Made by a program: the position numbers and the translations under genes
Origin: Cenarchaeum sp.
Lineage (GTDB): Archaea; Thermoproteota; Nitrososphaeria; Nitrososphaerales; Nitrosopumilaceae
Assembly (NCBI GenBank): GCA_965206845.1
Contig: OZ242221.1
Coordinates: 576,001 to 640,000 of the forward strand
DNA: 64,000 nt
Direction of reading: 5' to 3'
Shown: positions 58,252-64,000 of the stretch, piece after piece
Position numbering within the stretch: the stretch's first letter is position 1
Layout: each line of letters begins with the position of its first letter
Notes under the pieces: generated by a model
Seen by the model: the letters and a program-made list of their open reading frames with translations, nothing else
Told to the model about the DNA's origin: nothing
The model's database searches: none

Positions 58252-58838
58252 TTGGAATTGTTATGGCCGGCGGCCTTGGAAGCCGCATGAAGCTGAACCA
58301 AGAGAAGCTGCTGCTGCGCTACAAAAAACCTGTGGTGCTCCACGTGACAGACGCTCTCCGCAGCTCCGGATGCCTCAAGAGAGTTGTGGCGGCAGTGTCG
58401 CCCAACTCACCGGAGACCGCAGGGCTCCTCAAGGCCCGAGGCGTGGAGACCGTGCAGTCCCCGGGACGCGGGTATGTGCAGGATCTTGGCCTCATCCTGA
58501 AGCAGACCGACGATCACGTCCTTGTGGTGCCAGGCGATCTGCCACTCCTGAACGGTGGGATCGTGCAGAGGATTGCGTCGCTGTACGATCCCGACAGGGT
58601 GTGGACCAGCATCCTAGTAACGCGCAGGTTTGCAGATCCGCTGGGGCTTCCAGGCGAGTTTGCGACACGACACGGCGGCTCCCAGTGCTATTACACCGGC
58701 GTGTCGCTGATAAACGCCCACAGGATAGACTCGGCAGAGCCGGTCAGGGAGAGCTATGAGATCTGCGACGACGAGAGGATTGCATTCAACCTGAACACCG
58801 CCAGAGAGTACGAGATGCTACAGTCGCGCAAGCCGTGA
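58248..58838 (+). CDS. cobY: Adenosylcobinamide-phosphate guanylyltransferase
   Basis: MAGGLGSRM..EK, GYVQDL, GDLP, FNLNT; last gene of the cob operon. Confidence 0.88.
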   Translation: MIGIVMAGGLGSRMKLNQEKLLLRYKKPVVLHVTDALRSSGCLKRVVAAVSPNSPETAGLLKARGVETVQSPGRGYVQDLGLILKQTDDHVLVVPGDLPLLNGGIVQRIASLYDPDRVWTSILVTRRFADPLGLPGEFATRHGGSQCYYTGVSLINAHRIDSAEPVRESYEICDDERIAFNLNTAREYEMLQSRKP

Positions 58839-58847
58839 CTCTGGAGC

Positions 58848-59045
58848 CTACTCGGCGGTTCCCACTATCTTGCCGCGCATGTTGGCCTTTGAGCCGGTGG
58901 GTTCGGTAATTGTGTTTCCGCAAAAGTTGCACGTTACAAGCGAGGACGCGTGGGAGTATACCACCAGGGTCTCCTCGCATGCGGCGCAGACGACCTTTTG
59001 AAACTTGCTTGAGGGCACCGGTATGGAAATATGACTCTTCTTCAT
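58848..59045 (-). CDS. rps27e: 30S ribosomal protein S27e
   Basis: PSSKFQKVVCAAC..VVYSHA..CNFCG..PTGSKA. Confidence 0.95.
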   Translation of the reverse strand: MKKSHISIPVPSSKFQKVVCAACEETLVVYSHASSLVTCNFCGNTITEPTGSKANMRGKIVGTAE

Positions 59046-59323
59046 GCCGCCACCAACTCGAACTTCTTCACTCTGATGCCATAAGTATTGAACTTTTTCT
59101 TGCACTGGGGGCATGTCAGTATCCGCGTCACCTTCTTTGTGACCTTTGCAGGCTTGGCCAGCTTTGGGAACTTTTGCCCGCCATATCCTTTTTTGTCCTC
59201 GGCGTGGCGCCTCTCACCTATGGCAGAGGCCCTTCTCTTTCCCGCCTTGTATATGGAGACCTTTTGCGTCGTGTGCTCTTTGCATTTGGGGCAGTATCTC
59301 CTGATCGCCTTGGGATAGTTCAC
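59042..59323 (-). CDS. rpl44e: 50S ribosomal protein L44e
   Basis: YCPKCKEHT, GYGGQKFP, KVTKK..LTCPQC. Confidence 0.96.
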   Translation of the reverse strand: MNYPKAIRRYCPKCKEHTTQKVSIYKAGKRRASAIGERRHAEDKKGYGGQKFPKLAKPAKVTKKVTRILTCPQCKKKFNTYGIRVKKFELVAA

Positions 59324-59478
59324 AGGGATCAGCCTGTTCCTCGGTAATTTAAGGTTTGAAGCAGGAGTCGCGTTTCCCCTTTACTCGCTCGGGCCGATTC
59401 CCATGCCAGGCCCGATGCACCGGGCCACATGGCAGTGCCGCTTGAATCTATAATTATGTGTAAAAAGCAATGCATGCC

Positions 59479-61239
59479 ATGAGGACCCTGGCGCAGTCCG
59501 TCCGCACCCTTGGCGCAGTGGCTACGGGACGCCGGCATGCCGACCTTGTGCTCACGGACTGCTCACTGGTAAACGTCTACACACGTGAGATCCAGAAGAA
59601 TATCCAGGTGTCAGTAGCAGGCCAGAGGATCGCATACGTGGGAACGGATGCGTCGCACACCATAGCGCCCGGAACCCGCGTCATTGACTTGGGGGGCAGG
59701 CACCTGACCCCGGGCCTTGCAGAGCCACACATGCACATAGACCAGCTGGTCACGCCATCGGAGTTTGCAAACCGGTTGCTGCTCCGGGGAACCACGTCCC
59801 TGTTCTCTGATCCCATCGACATAGTGAGCGTGGCAGGATACCGGGGCTTTCGGGAGTTTGTCAGGCTTGCCACCGGACTGCCCATGAGGATCTTCAACAT
59901 GGTGCCCGGCGGCCTGCCCGTGGATGACAAGTTCGGAGACGTAAAGACGCTGACGCTAAAGGAGGAGGCAGAGGCGATAAAGCTTGATGGCGTCTTGGGG
60001 CTTGGAGAGGTGTTTGCGTGGACCAAGGTAACCCTGCAGGATCCCAGAACAATCCAGTCCCTGGTGCAGATGCTGGAGGCCGGCTGCGTGATCAACGGCC
60101 ACACCGCGGGAGCCTCGGACAGAAAGCTGCAGGCATACGTCTCATCTGGAATCCTGTCGTGCCACGAGCCAATAGACTTTGAACAGACGCTGGAGAGGCT
60201 CCGGCTGGGAATGTGGATCATGATCCGCGAGGGTTCCATCCGGCGGGATCTGGCAGAGATAGTTCCCCGGGTGCTCTCCTCGGGCACCTACATAGACAGG
60301 CTGATGTTCTGCGCAGACGAGCTGAACCCCGTTGACCTTGAAATGTACGGCCACATCGATCACTGCATCCGCAAGGCAGTGGAGCTGGGAATGAATCCGG
60401 TTGACGCCATCACCATAGCGTCAAGGAACTGCTTTGACTACTATGGCATGGGCAGGGAACTGGGCGGAATCGCACCTGGAAAGCTGGCAGACATGGTGAT
60501 CCTTGATGACCCCGGGTCGTTCCGGCCCAGAATGGTAATCGTAGGAGGCAAGATAGTGGTACGCGATGGCGCCCTGGTGGCTCAGGCCCCCCGCAGGCGC
60601 GTTCCCGGCTGGCTCAGAAGAACGGTAGATCTTGCCGAGCTCTCAGCAGCGGACTTTGCCATAAGCTCAAAAAAACCCAGTGTCCGCGCCAACACGATCT
60701 ACATGGCCACGGAGATCATCACCAGGCCCGGATCGCAGGATCTTCCGACTAGGGACGGTAACGTGCCGGCGTCCAGGGACAGAGACATCTGGAAGGTCGC
60801 AGCCTTTGACCGGATCAGCGGCACAAAGAGAAGCACCGTAGGATTCCTAGAGAACTTTGGCGCAGAGATCGGCGCCTTTGCGACCACCAAGAACTTTCAT
60901 GAGAACAACCTGATCGTAATCGGCATGGACGAAGAGGAGATGGCCATGGCGGCCAATCACCTGATCCGGTCCCAGGGTGGCATGGCCGTGGTAAGGGATG
61001 GAAGGGTTGTGGCAGACATGCCATTTGAGATAGGCGGCATCATCTCCACCAGGCCGTTTGAGCGGGTTCGCTCAGACTTTGAAGGCATAGACGGGACGAT
61101 CGCCGATGCGGGATGCAAGTTTTCACGCCCCTCCCTGATACCGGTATTTCTGCCATTTCTCGCGCTTCCGTCCGTTCGCATACTGCACAGTGGCATGGTC
61201 GACGTAAAGAGAAGGACGCTCATACCGCCCATCGTCTAG
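59479..61239 (+). CDS. ade: Adenine deaminase
   Basis: PGLAEPHMHID, GLGEV, GHT, CHE, MIREGS, GGIAPGKLAD. Confidence 0.9.
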   Translation: MRTLAQSVRTLGAVATGRRHADLVLTDCSLVNVYTREIQKNIQVSVAGQRIAYVGTDASHTIAPGTRVIDLGGRHLTPGLAEPHMHIDQLVTPSEFANRLLLRGTTSLFSDPIDIVSVAGYRGFREFVRLATGLPMRIFNMVPGGLPVDDKFGDVKTLTLKEEAEAIKLDGVLGLGEVFAWTKVTLQDPRTIQSLVQMLEAGCVINGHTAGASDRKLQAYVSSGILSCHEPIDFEQTLERLRLGMWIMIREGSIRRDLAEIVPRVLSSGTYIDRLMFCADELNPVDLEMYGHIDHCIRKAVELGMNPVDAITIASRNCFDYYGMGRELGGIAPGKLADMVILDDPGSFRPRMVIVGGKIVVRDGALVAQAPRRRVPGWLRRTVDLAELSAADFAISSKKPSVRANTIYMATEIITRPGSQDLPTRDGNVPASRDRDIWKVAAFDRISGTKRSTVGFLENFGAEIGAFATTKNFHENNLIVIGMDEEEMAMAANHLIRSQGGMAVVRDGRVVADMPFEIGGIISTRPFERVRSDFEGIDGTIADAGCKFSRPSLIPVFLPFLALPSVRILHSGMVDVKRRTLIPPIV

Positions 61240-61553
61240 GCTGCCAGTTCCATGACCGGCTGCCGCGGCCCAAGTGCGCCCCCGGCAAACACAGAGGATC
61301 TCCATAGGCCACAGCCCTGCCACCCAAATCGCATCAGTGCAGACACGTCATCCGCCAAAAAGGAACCCGCAGTCCTCTGGCGCGACTCGTGTCACCATAT
61401 GCAGCCGGGAGCCCCTGACCGAAAGACCGGACACCGCATGGGCATGCATGCGCTCGATCAAGTGCGAGGCACGCCTCGGGGCTGATCTTCAAAGGCAAGT
61501 GCATCCTCAGCCTCCAGCTGCGTGAGGGCAAGCCACGCAACTGGTTTGCCTAG

Positions 61554-61563
61554 TATTATATAG
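61554..61563 (+). promoter_or_regulatory. Putative TATA box of the thermosome gene
   Basis: TATTATATAG ~25-34 bp upstream of ATG. Confidence 0.55.
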
Positions 61564-61587
61564 GGGAATTGAAGGCTTTTTACTATA

Positions 61588-63210
61588 ATGGCTTCAATCG
61601 AGCAAACTCCGCACGGGCCGGTACTGGTTCTAAAGGAGAGTGCCCTTCAGCAGAAGGGACGTGACGCACAAAAGAACAACATCGCCGCGGCAAAGCTTGT
61701 AGCTGACATGGTAAGAACAAGCCTCGGACCGCGTGGGCTGGACAAGATGCTGGTAGACTCGCTGGGGGATGTTACAATAACAAATGACGGGGCCACGATT
61801 CTAAAAGAGATCGATGTTCAGCACCCCGCTGCAAAGATGATGGTCGAGATTGCAAAGACGATGGACAACGAGGTGGGCGACGGAACAACATCCTCTGTGG
61901 TCTTTGGGGGAGCCCTGCTTGCAAAGGCCGAGGAGCTGCTAAAAAAGGAGGTTCACTCGTCCGTAGTTGTTGAAGGCTACCAGGAGGCAGCCGCCAAGAC
62001 ACTGGAGATACTTGCCAGCGTTGGAAAGAAGGTAGAGTTTGAGGATGAGGAGACGCTCACAAAGGTGGCAGTTACCAGCATGCAGTCAAAGATGGTGTCT
62101 GAGGACAGCGACACATTGGCAAAGACAGTAGTGGATGCGGTTCTCAAGGTCGTCTCCAAGGACGGCGATAGTTATTCTGTAGATCTTGACAACATAAAGG
62201 TAGAGAAGAAGGCAGGTGCAACAATTCGTGACACCGCCATGATTGAGGGAATCGTGCTGGACAAGGAGACGGTTCACCCAAACATGCGCTTTACGGTTAA
62301 CAACGCCAGGATTGCACTGCTAAACACGGCACTAGAGGTGGAGAAGACCGAGATGAGTGCCGAGATCAGAATTACCGATCCGACCCAGATGCAGATGTTC
62401 CTTGAGGAGGAGAACAAGATGCTCAAGGAGATGGTTCAGAAGATTCGCAACCTGAAAGCAAACGTGTTGCTGTGCCAGAAGGGCATCGATGACATTGCCC
62501 AGCACTATCTTGCCAAGAACAGGATTATGGCAGTAAGGCGCATAAAAGAGAGCGACATGGCCAAGCTGGAAAAGGCAACCGGAGGCCGGGTAACCACAAA
62601 CATTGATGATCTAACAGAGAAGGATCTGGGAACGGCTGCCACGGTTCAGCAAAAGACCATAGACTCGGACAAGTGGGTCTTCATCGAGGGATGCAAGAAC
62701 CCGCAGTCGGTCACAATTCTCGTCAGAGGCGGCTCCCAGAGAATAGTCGACGAGGTTGACCGCTCACTTCACGACGCGCTAATGGTAGTAAAGGACGTGA
62801 TTGAAAACCCATTCATTGTAGCCGGCGGTGGGTCGATAGAGGCACATGTGGCGTCCCAGCTAAAGGTGTGGGCCGACAGCTTTGACGGAAGGGAGCAGCT
62901 GGCCATCAAAAAATACGCCGAGGCACTGGAAACGATTCCACTCACCATAGCCGAGAATGCAGGAATGGATCCTATAGACAGCATGGCCAATCTCCGGACA
63001 GCGCAGAACCAGAACAAGATGTGGACCGGAATTGATGCCAGAAACGCGCACGTTACAGACATGATGGAGATCGGAGTGATCGAGCCCGTTGCGGTAAAGG
63101 AGCAGATCGTCAACTCCGCCACGGAGGCGGCCTGCATGATTCTGAGAATAGACGACGTGATCGCCGTATCAGGCGGCCAACCGGGCCCGGGCGGCCCACC
63201 AATGGGATAA
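61588..63210 (+). CDS. ths: Thermosome (group II chaperonin) subunit
   Basis: [31 protein letters not shown]. Confidence 0.97.
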   Translation: MASIEQTPHGPVLVLKESALQQKGRDAQKNNIAAAKLVADMVRTSLGPRGLDKMLVDSLGDVTITNDGATILKEIDVQHPAAKMMVEIAKTMDNEVGDGTTSSVVFGGALLAKAEELLKKEVHSSVVVEGYQEAAAKTLEILASVGKKVEFEDEETLTKVAVTSMQSKMVSEDSDTLAKTVVDAVLKVVSKDGDSYSVDLDNIKVEKKAGATIRDTAMIEGIVLDKETVHPNMRFTVNNARIALLNTALEVEKTEMSAEIRITDPTQMQMFLEEENKMLKEMVQKIRNLKANVLLCQKGIDDIAQHYLAKNRIMAVRRIKESDMAKLEKATGGRVTTNIDDLTEKDLGTAATVQQKTIDSDKWVFIEGCKNPQSVTILVRGGSQRIVDEVDRSLHDALMVVKDVIENPFIVAGGGSIEAHVASQLKVWADSFDGREQLAIKKYAEALETIPLTIAENAGMDPIDSMANLRTAQNQNKMWTGIDARNAHVTDMMEIGVIEPVAVKEQIVNSATEAACMILRIDDVIAVSGGQPGPGGPPMG

Positions 63211-63240
63211 ACCCATAAGCACAAGCCACACAGAATATCC

Positions 63241-64000
63241 GTGAAACGGCTGGGCGTTGATCTTGGCGGAACAAAGATCGAGGCAATTCTTCTTGATGAG
63301 GGAAACCGCGCGCTGGGGCGCAAGCGGATACCCACTCCAGACAGCTATGACGGCATCCTGTCCGCGATTGCCTGCCTTGTGAATGAACTGGGAACGGGGG
63401 AGTTCAGCGTTGGCGTATGCACACCAGGGGCCATCTCGAAGAACACCGGAATGGTAAAAAACAGCAATACCGGGTGTCTCACGGGCAGGCCGCTGCATGG
63501 AGACCTGGAGTGCGCGCTGGGGCACGGTATCCGAATGGAGAACGATGCGAACTGTTTTGCTGTGGCCGAAGCCACCATGGGCGCTGCCAAGGGATACGAC
63601 ACTGTATTTGGCGTGATAATGGGAACCGGAGTGGGCGGCGGCATAGTCATGAACAAAAAAATCTACCGCGGCCGCACAAACACTGCAGGCGAGTGGGGCC
63701 ACCACGTACTGCACAGTGGCGGCAACAAGTGCTACTGCGGAAATCGCGGATGCGTCGAGACGTACATATCAGGTCCCGCGCTGGAAAGACGCTGGCAGGA
63801 GATCACAGGCCAAGCCCTGCCGCTAAAAGAGATCATACCATGCACAGGATCCCGTGCAGGAACCGAGTGGAAATCCGAGTTTCTGAACAACTTTGGGGCC
63901 GCGCTGGCCAACGTGATCGACATCCTGGATCCTGATGCCATCGTACTGGGCGGCGGGGTGTCAAACGTGCCGTTCCTTTATGACGAGGGAAGAAGACATG
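63241..64000 (+). CDS. ROK-family sugar kinase, runs off the window end
   Basis: Not in ORF track; GTG start, LGVDLGGTKI, ENDANC, GTGVGGG, GEWGH, CYCGNRGCVE. Confidence 0.92.
   Translation, partial: MKRLGVDLGGTKIEAILLDEGNRALGRKRIPTPDSYDGILSAIACLVNELGTGEFSVGVCTPGAISKNTGMVKNSNTGCLTGRPLHGDLECALGHGIRMENDANCFAVAEATMGAAKGYDTVFGVIMGTGVGGGIVMNKKIYRGRTNTAGEWGHHVLHSGGNKCYCGNRGCVETYISGPALERRWQEITGQALPLKEIIPCTGSRAGTEWKSEFLNNFGAALANVIDILDPDAIVLGGGVSNVPFLYDEGRRH

Overview
Chromosomal segment of a high-GC (roughly 57-58% by eye) ammonia-oxidising archaeon (Nitrososphaerota/Nitrosopumilaceae-like). Long intergenic spacers and mobile elements suggest a host-associated lineage, which is inference. Most of it is core genes: proteasome alpha subunit, r-proteins S30e/S27ae/S24e/S27e/L44e, thiC/thiDN, the archaeal aromatic amino-acid operon (aroA'-aroB'-aroD-aroE-aroK-aroA-aroC, a chorismate mutase-aminotransferase fusion, tyrA), mqnC/ubiD, cofG/cofH, purM, mdh, a DUR3-type transporter, larB/larC/larE plus a cysteine desulfurase, the late cobalamin operon, adenine deaminase, thermosome and a ROK kinase. 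The less ordinary features are: three near-identical 138-bp MITEs at CAG/CTG targets, two of which bracket ubiD; four PEFG-CTERM surface-protein paralogues interrupted by a truncated IS5-type transposase and followed by a decayed PEFG fragment; a protein with histone-H1-like RATKP repeats; a Grs-like radical SAM enzyme; a CobQ with its glutaminase domain cleanly missing; a perfect palindrome at the start of a wHTH gene; and apparent intergenic enrichment of GCATGC. No rRNA, tRNA or CRISPR array was recognised. All calls come from motif recognition by eye, with no database searches.
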